From Paraphysomonas bandaiensis (lineage: Eukaryota > Protista > Chrysophyceae), in NCBI GenBank assembly GCA_965644295.1, contig CBFFRP010000600.1, positions 1 through 27,322 on the forward strand: a stretch of DNA of 27,322 nucleotides, read 5' to 3'. Shown in pieces: positions 1 through 10,091 of the stretch. Each line of letters starts with the position of its first letter. Position 1 is the first letter of the stretch. Under the pieces are notes generated by a model. The model had not been told where the DNA came from, ran no database searches, and saw only the letters and a program-made list of their open reading frames with translations. The translations under genes and the position numbers were made by a program.

Positions 1-15
1 GGTGGAAAATCTGCT
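1..15 (+). other. Putative primer-binding site, (T)GGTGGAAAATCTGC, possibly tRNA-Ala type
   Basis: The window starts GGTGGA, which with a preceding T is complementary to a tRNA 3' end ...UCCACCA, ~150 bp upstream of gag. The first T and the 5' LTR are outside the window. Confidence 0.55.
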
Positions 16-148
16 GGTGTGCTTAAATATAGAACCGTTGTGAGCGGAGCGCTTGATTTACTAGCGAACCCCACATTAGGCAATATATATATAATCACTG
101 TGTGGGTATATAAACTAAAGAGTGTAACAACAGCAACTAAGGTGGAAG

Positions 149-1966
149 ATGCAAACTCCCGTTGGTAGGAGTAGCCCTAAGAGCCAATCTGGTTCTGAAG
201 GCAGTGTTAAAGACAGTGTTAAGGAGGATCTAGAGCCTTCAATGCTCGAAATCATTCTTGCACGTTTCGATGCCTTGGAAAGGAAATTCGATACGAGAAT
301 AGATGACTTAACGTTGAGAGTCACGCGACTCGAAGAGCGAGCCTCACGTAGAGGTACACCTGTCGGCTCTAGAGCGCAGAGCCCCACGATTTTAAGGGAA
401 GATCAAAATATCCCAGGGGCAGATGAATCAGTTACGAAAGGAACACCTACAGTTCCTGACACGTTGCCGAAACCGGTAAAGAAACGTGATACAAGGAGAT
501 ACTCTACTCTGCATAATTTAGCGGAGCACTATCGCACTCCTTGGCGGGATGAGTCTGTAAGAGAACTGTTGGAGGAGGAAGATACTTCTACTGCTCAGTC
601 AAGTGGCAATGCTGAGGAGGATGGCGATCAGGTGGCTTCAGAATTCCCTACTAGAACTCAAGCTCTGTTAGGAGGCAAGAAACCAGGGAAGCTGTTCAGG
701 GAATTGAAAAAGAATGCCAACATTCCAAATGTGCAACAGACTGTTGTAATGCGTGAGGAAAGAACTTGCAAAGTTCGTATCAATGAACTTAAGCTTTCTA
801 AAGTGGCTAGAGCTGTCAAACAAATCTTGGATTTTCAAGAAGAGGAACAGACCACTGTGCGTCTACAAAAGGTTGTTTCTGGAGAATTAAGAGATCATCT
901 AAGAGAAGTATATCATCTCGGTCATGCGGAGATTTCAGAGATGGATTTGTCAGACTTACTGCGTGTAATTGCAAAGGAAACTCGGGTTTTTAATTGTGTG
1001 GGATTCTATGAGGAGCTACGAGATTCTCTTAGACACATAAAGATTATGGAGTGGAGGAAAGTGACAACTGTCACGTTCGAACAGTTTTACTTCCAACAGT
1101 TGAAACTTATTGATTTGTTTCGAACCATGTTATCCATAATGCTGGAGTTTAATAAGGATTGGTGTCCCAGAGTAGATGACAAAGAATATGGGCTCGTAAG
1201 ATTATTCAAAAACTTGAACGATAGGGATTATGTTCGTTATGTCTTTGGGTGCATGAATAAACTACAGTTTGACACGATGAACGAGTTCTTTGATGAATTT
1301 ACGGCCATTTTAGTAGATCATTATCAGATTTGCTTAGCAGCTCGTCAGTTACCGTTTGAGGCTAACATTGAGGCTAAAAACAAACTTGATGAGTACAACA
1401 AACGGAAAAGGGATTTGTTTTCCAAGAATAATGAGAAACATCCGTCTCCGATGCGGTCTACTTCTTACAAGGACTATGATCATCGGAATAACAGAGATTC
1501 ACATGCTCTCACTCACATTGATGGATATGTTTCTGATGATTCGGATTTTGATCGAGGTCCGGAGCAGATAAATCTCGAATACCCCAGTTCTTCAGATGAT
1601 GAAGAGGGTAACATTGATTTACGTCGTGGCTCAGCCAAGGACGTTACTTCATCGCAGGATCTGGAACCTGATCCTACAGCAGTTGTTAATGAGCAAGAGG
1701 TTTCTTTTATGGCTTCTTCTCAGGATAAACCTGCTGGTGATACGAGTTCGAGAGTTGAGAAATTCGGTTGCCTGAGGCAGATGTTGTATGGGAAATGCAA
1801 CAAGCCACAGTGCAAATACAACCACAATTCTCAGTGCTTGAGAACCTCGGCTGTTGAGATGAGGGATAAGCTCAATGCTTTCCTGAAAGCTGAGGATGGT
1901 TCCACGGGTAGAACCAATCCAACTTCTATCTTGAGAAGGGATCGCTTCGGCGATTCCCGACCTTGA
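149..1966 (+). CDS. gag: Gag-like protein (605 aa) with N-terminal coiled coil and C-terminal CCCH zinc finger
   Basis: Long ORF between PBS and pol. Heptad segment ILARFDALERKFDTRIDDLTLRVTRLE. C-x8-C-x4-C-x3-H at 1769-1825. Confidence 0.85.
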   Translation: MQTPVGRSSPKSQSGSEGSVKDSVKEDLEPSMLEIILARFDALERKFDTRIDDLTLRVTRLEERASRRGTPVGSRAQSPTILREDQNIPGADESVTKGTPTVPDTLPKPVKKRDTRRYSTLHNLAEHYRTPWRDESVRELLEEEDTSTAQSSGNAEEDGDQVASEFPTRTQALLGGKKPGKLFRELKKNANIPNVQQTVVMREERTCKVRINELKLSKVARAVKQILDFQEEEQTTVRLQKVVSGELRDHLREVYHLGHAEISEMDLSDLLRVIAKETRVFNCVGFYEELRDSLRHIKIMEWRKVTTVTFEQFYFQQLKLIDLFRTMLSIMLEFNKDWCPRVDDKEYGLVRLFKNLNDRDYVRYVFGCMNKLQFDTMNEFFDEFTAILVDHYQICLAARQLPFEANIEAKNKLDEYNKRKRDLFSKNNEKHPSPMRSTSYKDYDHRNNRDSHALTHIDGYVSDDSDFDRGPEQINLEYPSSSDDEEGNIDLRRGSAKDVTSSQDLEPDPTAVVNEQEVSFMASSQDKPAGDTSSRVEKFGCLRQMLYGKCNKPQCKYNHNSQCLRTSAVEMRDKLNAFLKAEDGSTGRTNPTSILRRDRFGDSRP

Positions 1967-4900
1967 TGGAAGGACCATTGCGTGCGGGGAGCGCAGGATG
2001 TCAGTGTAGTTAATGGGTGTGACGGGGATGACGATTGTTGCTTACAATTTGAAGAGTCTACATTCACGGCGGCATTGTGTTCTGTGCAAACCGAGGGGCA
2101 AGCTAAGCTGTATGCTTGTTTTCCTAGTACGCGAAAAATGACATCAGCACATACTGTAGCTAGGCTAATAATGAACAATAACTTGAGAGAGAATTCGGAA
2201 AAATTGATCACCGTACTTTGTGATACGGGAGCGCTTTCAGCTAACTACGTGTCTAGGGGTCTGGTTGAGAGTTTAATGCCAGAGCTAAACCCCGAATTTT
2301 TATACGATGCGAATCATAGAGTAGTATTGGCGGATAGTACTACTATAAAAACAGTCACACAAGGAGTCAGACTCAATCTTTTGTTGGCTGACCCTTATGG
2401 AAAACAGTATCAGTTCAAAGGGGATTTCCTAATTATTGACATGAAACATAATGATGTCATACTTGGATTGCCGGCACTTACTGGTACTTTGTATCCCTTT
2501 ATGTGTGAATTGATGAGGCATGCTTTTGAACAAACATCTTATGAGATAGAAAGTGATACCAAGAAGATTTCGACTCACGATGATTTGTCTGGTTTAGAGC
2601 ATGGACAAATAGTGGAACCATGGTCTAAAGCGAGTACTCAAATTGCACCGGAGGAAGAGGATTCCGAATTGCCGGTTCAATTTAAAGAAGCTTTGGTATT
2701 CTTAGGAAAGACTAGAGCGGAAGCTTTAAAAGACTATGAACAGTTGTTGGAGACCCATGTTAGTAGTGAGATGAAGGAACAAACAAATGTGATGCATCTC
2801 TTACGAACTAAAGCGGTTAAAGTCTTTGTACCAGATGAGTGGTCTGGTGTAAAGGGTGTTGAACCTTTAAAAATTAAGTGGAAAGATACACTTCCGGATC
2901 GGATCAAACCCAAGGCGAGGCCTATTAACCCGAAGCTATGGGAAGCCTCAGAGAAAGAATTTCGTCGTCTGTGTGGGTATTTTTACCGGAAGAGTAGATC
3001 GCCATGGGCTTCTTGTCTTGTAGTAGCGCCCAAGGCTACACCTCCTTATATTCGATTTTGTGGGGATTACGTTAAGATCAATGATCATATGCATGTGGGA
3101 AACTACACTATTCCCAATGTCAAACATGAACTTGACAAGATCATTAATTTTCCATATTATTTGGATATAGATCTTACAAATGCGTTTCATCAAATACCTT
3201 TAGATGAGGAAACTTCCGAAAAATTGTCCATTCAAACGCCATGGGGACAGTTTGCACCTAATTTCATGCCAGAGGGTATAGCGCCTGCTACTGGTGTTCT
3301 GCAAGAGGTTGTTCGGGAGATATTTGCCGATTTTTCAGACTGGGCTATCGTTATCTTTGATAATATGCTAATACTAGCCAACGATCCCCAGGATGCTTAT
3401 GAAAAGTTGGAACGAGTTATTGACAGATGTCTGGAGAGAAACATCAAGTTGAAAATGGCTAAGAGCTGGCTTGGTTTTAAGAAAGTTAATTTTTTCGGAT
3501 ATGTATGCAAACACAAATCGTATGAAGTGTGTCCGGATAAAAAGGAAGCGTTGGCAAACATACCTATGCCAACATCGACTAAACAAGCTAGATCTTTGAT
3601 AGGCAAGGGAGTTTTCTTTTCCAGCTTCACGCCAAAGTATTCTGACTTAGTAGGTCATTTAACGGACCTTACTAAGAAATCTTTCAATTGGAATAAATCT
3701 ACTTGGCGTCATGATTATGAAGCTGAGTACAAACGTTTCATAAAAGGTTTACAAGATGCTTGTGAGCTCTTCTACCCTGATTATGAGTTAGAGTGGATTT
3801 TACGGACTGATGCAAGTGAGCTAGGTATAGGTTCTGTACTACTACAACGGAAGATATTACCGTCAGGAGAAGCTCAATTGCAACCTATTGCCTTTATCTC
3901 TAAAAAGTTTTCAGAGCAAGCAATGAAATGGGCTACTATAGAGCAGGAGGGCTATGGTATCTACTATTCGGTTAAACAGCTAGCGTATTACTTAGTTGGA
4001 AAGCAGTTTACAATAGAAACAGACCATAACAATTTGCTCTGGATGGAAGCGTCTGAGGTACCAAAAATTGTTAGATGGAGAATATTCTTGCAATCATTCA
4101 ATTTTAAAATCCGACATATTTCGGGAGCACAAAATTGGTTAGCAGACTGGTTATCCAGGGTACACCAACTGGCTTATCTGTCGGGCATGTTCTTGGATGA
4201 TTCTATGTGGGATGATGCCAATTTTCTGGGAGAGGACTGTCAGGATTCTGAGTATTTCTCATTCCTAGGAAATTTTATGGACCCGTCGGATCTCAGTGAC
4301 CAAGAACAACCTTCCATGAATATATCTCGTGAGGAATGCTTGCGTGAGGTACACAACTCTCGCGTGGGTCATCTTGGAGGGAAAGCTACTTGGATTCGTC
4401 TCAATAAACGTTTTCCAGGGCATGGAATACCATATCAGGTAGTAGCAGAATATATATCCAACTGTCCAACTTGCGTGAAAACCCGGTTAGCCATGAAGGA
4501 AGCACTTATTCCCATAGTGCGCAACCTAAAACCACCGGGGGCTCGCAGTGCTATTGGAATTGATGCAGTGGAGATTACTCCACATGGCAAGGACGGTTAC
4601 ACTCATATCAATGTGATAGTGAACCTTCACACAAAGCTCGTTTTTCTGGAACCAGTAAAAGGAGTAACGGCTTTGAATTTAGCGAATACTGTTTGGAAGT
4701 ATTGGTCCTATTACGGTCACACGGACGTCGTGATTTCAGACCAGGGTCCGGATTTAACTTCGGATCTATTCCAACAGCTAACGGAGTACATGGGAATGCG
4801 CCATACGTTTAGTATAGCCAACCGACATGCGAATGGCTCAGAACGTATCATAGGTGAGGTAGTACGTCACCTACGAGCTCTAGTATATGATGCTAGCGAG

Positions 4901-5956
4901 CGTCAAGAGCGCAAGGATGTTTTTGAAGATCCTAGCTGGATCGCCAGTGTCCAACACATTCTTAACTCCGAAGTGTCATCTGAGACGGGATTCTCACCAT
5001 TCGAGTTGACTTTTGGATCGGAGGACAAGCGTTATTTTAACGTGGACACCGACTCTGTTTCCCAGGATGCGCATGCACGACTTAAACGTTTTAATGATAA
5101 CCTTCGTGAGCTCAGGGCAGCTTCGCATGCTTATCAACAGCGCCTTGTGCAAGAGCGGGCTAGCCAAGGTATACCGGCCGACAAGCAGAACAGATATCAG
5201 CCGGGAGATCTTGTTTTGTTCGACAAGGGTGCTAAAGTCCATCCTAAGATGTCTCACCGTTATATGGGTCCTTTCAAAGTCATATCTCAATACAAGAATG
5301 ACATTGATTGCAGACATTTGGTGACAGGACAAGTTATGAAAGTCGATGTGCGGGAGGTTAAACTTTTTGCGGGTGATCAAGACACAGCGTATAACATGGC
5401 TTGTAGAGACCATGAACAGCATGTGATTGACACGATTCTATACTACAGAGGTGATAGAGACATCAGAACCTCTCTAGTTTTTACTGTGAAATTTCAGGAT
5501 GGTGATGTTCGTGACATTCCATTCAGTAAGGATATTTTTGACTCTATTCCATACGCCGATTTCTGTTCTAGGAAAAGATATTTGTATCATCTTATTTATC
5601 CGGTTAAAGAGGCAAAGGAATATATTACAAAAATCCGTAAGCAGCCCATTACTAGTTTTCAACCAGGTGATGAGGCTTATATTGACTTAAGAGTTTTCGG
5701 GGACTTGTGGTATGAAAGCCTGGAGTTACCGGATTCTCATTTGATTACTTATGTTGCACGTTTTGTCTTCACACATTGGTATCACAAAAGTTCCAAACGG
5801 ATACTCTCAACTAAAAATGTGTTGACTAAACAAACTTTCCGACTTGATAATTACCATATCCATTGTTTCGCCCATAAAGAATTTGATTCTTCTACAATGG
5901 TCTTGGTAGACGAGGAATTTGCCAGCAAATTTCCACAAGTCAATCAGTCGGTATAA
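1967..5956 (+). CDS. pol: Pol polyprotein (aspartic protease, reverse transcriptase, RNase H, integrase, chromo-like domain, C-terminal extension); in frame with gag after a single TGA
   Basis: PR: LCDTGA and DVILG. RT: IRFCGDY, DLTNAFHQI, MPEG, VIFDNML. RH: TDAS, EQE, TDHNNL, ADWLSR. IN: H-H-CPTC zinc site, D..D..E (GIDAV, SDQG, GSER), GPF motif. Confidence 0.95.
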   Translation, partial: WKDHCVRGAQDVSVVNGCDGDDDCCLQFEESTFTAALCSVQTEGQAKLYACFPSTRKMTSAHTVARLIMNNNLRENSEKLITVLCDTGALSANYVSRGLVESLMPELNPEFLYDANHRVVLADSTTIKTVTQGVRLNLLLADPYGKQYQFKGDFLIIDMKHNDVILGLPALTGTLYPFMCELMRHAFEQTSYEIESDTKKISTHDDLSGLEHGQIVEPWSKASTQIAPEEEDSELPVQFKEALVFLGKTRAEALKDYEQLLETHVSSEMKEQTNVMHLLRTKAVKVFVPDEWSGVKGVEPLKIKWKDTLPDRIKPKARPINPKLWEASEKEFRRLCGYFYRKSRSPWASCLVVAPKATPPYIRFCGDYVKINDHMHVGNYTIPNVKHELDKIINFPYYLDIDLTNAFHQIPLDEETSEKLSIQTPWGQFAPNFMPEGIAPATGVLQEVVREIFADFSDWAIVIFDNMLILANDPQDAYEKLERVIDRCLERNIKLKMAKSWLGFKKVNFFGYVCKHKSYEVCPDKKEALANIPMPTSTKQARSLIGKGVFFSSFTPKYSDLVGHLTDLTKKSFNWNKSTWRHDYEAEYKRFIKGLQDACELFYPDYELEWILRTDASELGIGSVLLQRKILPSGEAQLQPIAFISKKFSEQAMKWATIEQEGYGIYYSVKQLAYYLVGKQFTIETDHNNLLWMEASEVPKIVRWRIFLQSFNFKIRHISGAQNWLADWLSRVHQLAYLSGMFLDDSMWDDANFLGEDCQDSEYFSFLGNFMDPSDLSDQEQPSMNISREECLREVHNSRVGHLGGKATWIRLNKRFPGHGIPYQVVAEYISNCPTCVKTRLAMKEALIPIVRNLKPPGARSAIGIDAVEITPHGKDGYTHINVIVNLHTKLVFLEPVKGVTALNLANTVWKYWSYYGHTDVVISDQGPDLTSDLFQQLTEYMGMRHTFSIANRHANGSERIIGEVVRHLRALVYDASERQERKDVFEDPSWIASVQHILNSEVSSETGFSPFELTFGSEDKRYFNVDTDSVSQDAHARLKRFNDNLRELRAASHAYQQRLVQERASQGIPADKQNRYQPGDLVLFDKGAKVHPKMSHRYMGPFKVISQYKNDIDCRHLVTGQVMKVDVREVKLFAGDQDTAYNMACRDHEQHVIDTILYYRGDRDIRTSLVFTVKFQDGDVRDIPFSKDIFDSIPYADFCSRKRYLYHLIYPVKEAKEYITKIRKQPITSFQPGDEAYIDLRVFGDLWYESLELPDSHLITYVARFVFTHWYHKSSKRILSTKNVLTKQTFRLDNYHIHCFAHKEFDSSTMVLVDEEFASKFPQVNQSV

Positions 5957-6106
5957 AGTGTTCCTACTCTTATTTTTACGATGTGAAATTTTCCAGTATT
6001 CTCCGAATTACATCTATAATATGATAATAATACTCCATGGTGGTTCGTTTTGATGGCTATTTCAAACCTAGTCCCATTGACATGTGTGCGACCATGGATT
6101 TCTCAC

Positions 6107-6127
6107 AAAAACGAGGGGGGGAGGCAG
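6107..6127 (+). other. Polypurine tract
   Basis: AAAAACGAGGGGGGGAGGCAG immediately before the TGTGAC LTR start. Confidence 0.85.
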
Positions 6128-7384
6128 TGTGACCACGTGGCATTTCCTATGCCCTATCTACGTGGCTATAGTACCAGAACTGCATGCATTGCCCACTCAG
6201 GACCCTATAATATTAGTTTAGGACCCTATATCAAGAACATTATATCATCAGGATCCTATACCATGTCTAGGATGCATATTCTATGTTATACTTATTAAGA
6301 GGGGGTAATGAGCTGTGATGTACCTACACACTGAATCAACGTTCAGGTGTGATGTCCACTTTATCTGCTGATGATGATGTACACTATGATCTGCTGATGG
6401 TGACTTCACGCAATGTGAAACCTGCCACAAATTTATAATAAAGTTATGTGGGTCAGTATTCCAGTGTAGCAGTTGCAGTGTATACTTCCATAGGAATACG
6501 TACTGGCATTACCCATACTACCCTATAGGGGTGCAAGTACATATATATCACATCAACGGAGAATGGATATTATATACTCGAGGTGCACGAGTGTTCATAC
6601 CAGACTCAGTGGGGAATCAATTGTGATATGCAATACCGGGTATGCAGGGTGGTATTTACGTATAACCTGGATATTAGGGATTTTGGGTTCTTGAATGCTA
6701 AAATACACCAAAGTGGCGGTATACTGTTTTTGTAAGGGAATTTAGGTAGAAAGTAAAACGTAGGATGTAGTGTACTATTAGTATGCGGTTATACGTTGCT
6801 CCTAGGTTGCTGTGTGTATTCAGTTTATAGAATAAACACGTTTCTGTGGGTGGTGGTGACGTTGCAGGGTGTTGTGATGTTGTTGAGGAGTAGGAGTGTG
6901 TGTAACATGTATGCTATGGTGTTATGCACTTGTTTAGGCTTAACCGAAGTGCTTGGTGCCAACGATCTTGTTGCACTGGCGGTGTTACCTGCGTGGTGAT
7001 TTCTGGCGGAAATCACTAACTGGGCATTAGGTTATTGCTTAGAGTAGTCATAGCATTAATAATACATTGTTCTTACACTTGCGTGTTTGTGTGGTATACC
7101 TGTACTGCGAGCCGTGATTCTGGTTATCAAACCGGGTTGCGTCATACTACAGTACCACTGACATAAAGAATATGTAGATGTAGATTAACATATTATTACT
7201 GATGTTGTTATTCGTGCACCAATACTGTGGTATAAATTAGCCTCACTCTACCAGACTAGTAAAGAGGCAACAAAGTAATAATCAGCCTTTCTTTCTTGTA
7301 ACCCTAACCCTACTGTAATCGAAATATTATGTTATTGCATTTCTGTTTCTTGTACACGCTGGATACCACGCAACTTCTGTCACA
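6128..7384 (+). repeat. 3' LTR (~1257 bp)
   Basis: Starts TGTGAC right after the PPT. A matching GTCACA at 7379-7384 gives a perfect 6-bp terminal inverted repeat. TATAAAT at 7231-7237. The right end cannot be confirmed without the 5' LTR. Confidence 0.7.
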
Positions 7385-7438
7385 CGTTGTGTTGTGCATA
7401 CTTCGGTTGGTTAAGATTTTTGTCCTCCACAGAATGTA

Positions 7439-7487
7439 TCAGAGTTCAAATTCAGTTGAATCATCGTTGTCATAATTGTCACCAAAT
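7439..7487 (-). CDS. Probable last exon: (V)FGDNYDNDDSTEFEL*
   Basis: Acceptor TTTTATCAG after a 60-bp intron. If unspliced, the protein stops at 7544 instead. Confidence 0.65.
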
Positions 7488-7547
7488 CTGATAAAAAGTA
7501 ATTATTGTTAAAATCACAAAATACATATTCGAGTTTTTTATCCTTAC

Positions 7548-8756
7548 ACTTCTTTGAATATGTCAGGCCATTCGAGCTCACTATCAGAGGAGAAATCCAT
7601 ATCTAGCAGATGCGAAACATTACTCACAGCACTGGAACCATCGGGTGCGGTATTGTGTTGAAGTGTGAGACTTGTTTTCTCAGCAGGTCGAAAATTACTG
7701 GAATCACCATATGAAGAATTTGAAACAGCAGCAGCATCTTCGGCATCTGTGTCAGCAGCAGCAATGAGATCAAGTTCAGTTGCTGGTAGAAGTGGGTCGA
7801 TGGTGGTATCGGGCCCCACTTCTACAATGGAGGGGAAATCATTCATGTGTCGCTGCTTATGGATAGTATGGTCACTGCTGGAGAGGTGACGGGGACTGTT
7901 TCCCTCTTCCGTGGCTACATGAGCACTATCAGTATTCAGATGCTGAGTTCCCTCCTCTCCAGGAACACAAGAAGGAGCAGGTGACACTAATGCTGGGCAT
8001 TGACCAACTTTATTCGAAATTCGCTCTTCAGCTTGATTTTTCCACGCGGAGAGATATTGGTATCCGACATACACTACAAGTAGCAACAGAAAAATGAAAT
8101 GTATGGGATGATTCCACATATACTGCCACATCATGATCAGAGATACTGCAAAGAGTGGCTGGAGAAGATGAATGATCATGCGCTGCCAAGTGCTGCTCAC
8201 TGCGCCGAGTTGTTGAATCAAGAGAGATAACAGAGCTATCACAGAGAAACGTCTCAAATACGTTCGACCTGAAGGTACCACTGCACCACTTCTATAGTAA
8301 AATTCACTTCTGTCTTTCCAATTCTTAGCCACTGCACCCGGATAAAGGCTGTGATAGGACCGCACAATTGCGCTCTCCAATTGATACGGGAAAAATTTGG
8401 CAACATTTACGGATACAAACGTATACTGAGGCGTATCAAGTATCAGATCGTTCGTTTCTTCTGACCTATTGCTGATACTTTCAATTGCATTGTAGAGTGC
8501 AGTTTGAGCAGCCATGACTTCATACCGGACTAAACTTGGAATGACAAAATGAATTATGGCAACTTCAGACGACTCATACAGCAAAATCTCAAATAGAAAT
8601 TGCAGTATGCATGCAAAAAGAAACATCATCTGCCACTCGAGTCCTCGTTGCAGACCTCGTAACATAGAGTAAAAAATAAAGCAGAGATTCAACAGCACAA
8701 CCAAAGCCCACATTATGCCTTTTAGAAACTTTGAAACAACGTAGGTGTGGCGAAAT
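7548..8756 (-). CDS. Exon: TM4, TM5, 2-3 further hydrophobic helices and a low-complexity cytoplasmic tail
   Basis: Acceptor TTTGCAG|A, donor GT|GTAAGG; overlaps ORF 7544..8773. Confidence 0.85.
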
Positions 8757-8829
8757 CTGCAAAACCACAACACAGCAAATATGAGATATCAGCAGTGGTT
8801 TATTAGTGTATCATTAATAGTCAACTCAC

Positions 8830-8872
8830 TCTTCCTCTGATTTCGTATCAAATATTTTGGCTGCCGGTGACG
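8830..8872 (-). CDS. 43-bp exon: ASPAAKIFDTKSEEE
   Basis: Acceptor TTTGTAG, donor GA|GTGAGT; phases fit. Confidence 0.8.
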
Positions 8873-8952
8873 CTACAAACACCAAGTAGGTAAGTATATT
8901 TATTGCGGTGAAGATTGGAATATCACATATGCAACATAAGAACGCTTTTTAC

Positions 8953-9134
8953 CTCTACCGAGGACATCCAGCACAAACATGTGGAGCAGCTCCAGACCAA
9001 TATATATGTCTTCAATTTGATTCAATTTATTCCGCTTGAGAGCCACTTCCTTTTTTACAAAGGCAAGGTGTTCCTTCAGTGTTTTCTCAATAATACTCGC
9101 ATACTCTGGCTTGAATTGATCATTACTTCCTAAG
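8953..9134 (-). CDS. Exon missed by the ORF track: ...IGLELLHMFVLDVLGR
   Basis: Acceptor TTGCAG, donor G|GTAAAA; phases fit both neighbours. Confidence 0.8.
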
Positions 9135-9189
9135 CTGCAAGAAACACATTAAACGCAACAAAATGAAGAACATCACATTATACACATAC

Positions 9190-9812
9190 CACCAGGCCAT
9201 CATAAACGCATCCTTTTGTCTAGTGGTTCTTAGGCATCTCATTTGCTCCGCAATATCAATGCACAGGTCTATATATAAATCATCCGTTGAGATGGACAGA
9301 ATAGTCGACGGAATTGCTGCCACTATATCCACTCCCTCGGACCGCCGGCTTACGGGACAGGGGCCGTAATAGGACTGAAAACTACTCGAATGTGGGTGAG
9401 GTGTACCCGTATTTCTGCTGATGCGCTGACTACGACTGGAACGACGTTCAATGATTTGTAAGGATGGATTTACTTCTGCGACGATACTGCCAAGCGAAGA
9501 TAGTGCCAACTGCTGGGCAGCAATACAAGAATATGGCAGGTGACGTGTGGTGGATTCAATCGATATGAAAGACGACGTTTTTCTCTTCCTCCCCACACTA
9601 CTCTTAAATTGATCAGATAAATTAGTAGTTATGGCTGACACTCGTCTGCCAAATTGAGCAGCACGCCGTTGGATCTGACCGTTTATTTGCTCAGCAGCAT
9701 TTTGCCTTGAGCAGCATGCAGTGGGAGCAGCTAGAATGTCGAATATAAAATCGACAATTGCATTTCCGAACATGCTGAAGATGGAGCATATAACAGAGGC
9801 AATCATGATAGC
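9190..9812 (-). CDS. Exon: TM3 and cytoplasmic loop
   Basis: Acceptor CATTAG|GCT, donor TG|GTATGT; overlaps ORF 9123..9806. Confidence 0.85.
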
Positions 9813-9876
9813 CTAATGAACACATACAGACGAGATGTAAAGACCAATGCTAATATGGAGAAAGGGGTCTATGTAC

Positions 9877-10041
9877 CTTCAGAGTAACCTCAGGGCTAAC
9901 AAATACACACGAGTATCCCCCAACCGTGTCATCATCTTCAACCCACTGACACACTTTCTGGGACGAATCTAGCATCGACTTCTCAGTTGCGCACTGTGAG
10001 GCAGTGATATGAGCCTCGCATTTTCCATTGTCTTCTGGATA
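9877..10041 (-). CDS. Exon missed by the ORF track: Cys-rich loop YPEDNGKCEAH...CQW...CVFVSPEVTLK
   Basis: Acceptor ATATAG preceded by a GCTAAT branch site; 55 open codons; donor AAG|GTACAT. Confidence 0.85.
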
Positions 10042-10091
10042 CTATATGAACGTCATTAGCATTACGAAAAACTATATTAATGCAACTATAC

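Larger units (their letters stand above)
1..7384 (+). mobile_element. Ty3/Gypsy (Metaviridae) LTR retrotransposon; internal region and 3' LTR present, 5' LTR expected just left of the window
   Basis: Order PBS - gag - PR-RT-RH-IN - PPT - LTR. Integrase lies after RNase H (Gypsy order). Both ORFs are uninterrupted. Confidence 0.95.

Noticed and set aside
6298-6320. Second PPT-like AGAGGGGG followed by TGTGATG (possible nested LTR)
   Set aside because: Short tract not abutting the TG; no matching end or TSD identified.
115-7016. Short antisense or overlapping ORFs in gag, pol and the LTR, including a possible env
   Set aside because: No motifs, and only ~150 bp between the pol stop and the PPT leaves no room for env.
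7299-7312. TAACCCTAACCCTA telomere-like repeat
   Set aside because: Only about two units; could be chance or a telo-box, not a telomere.
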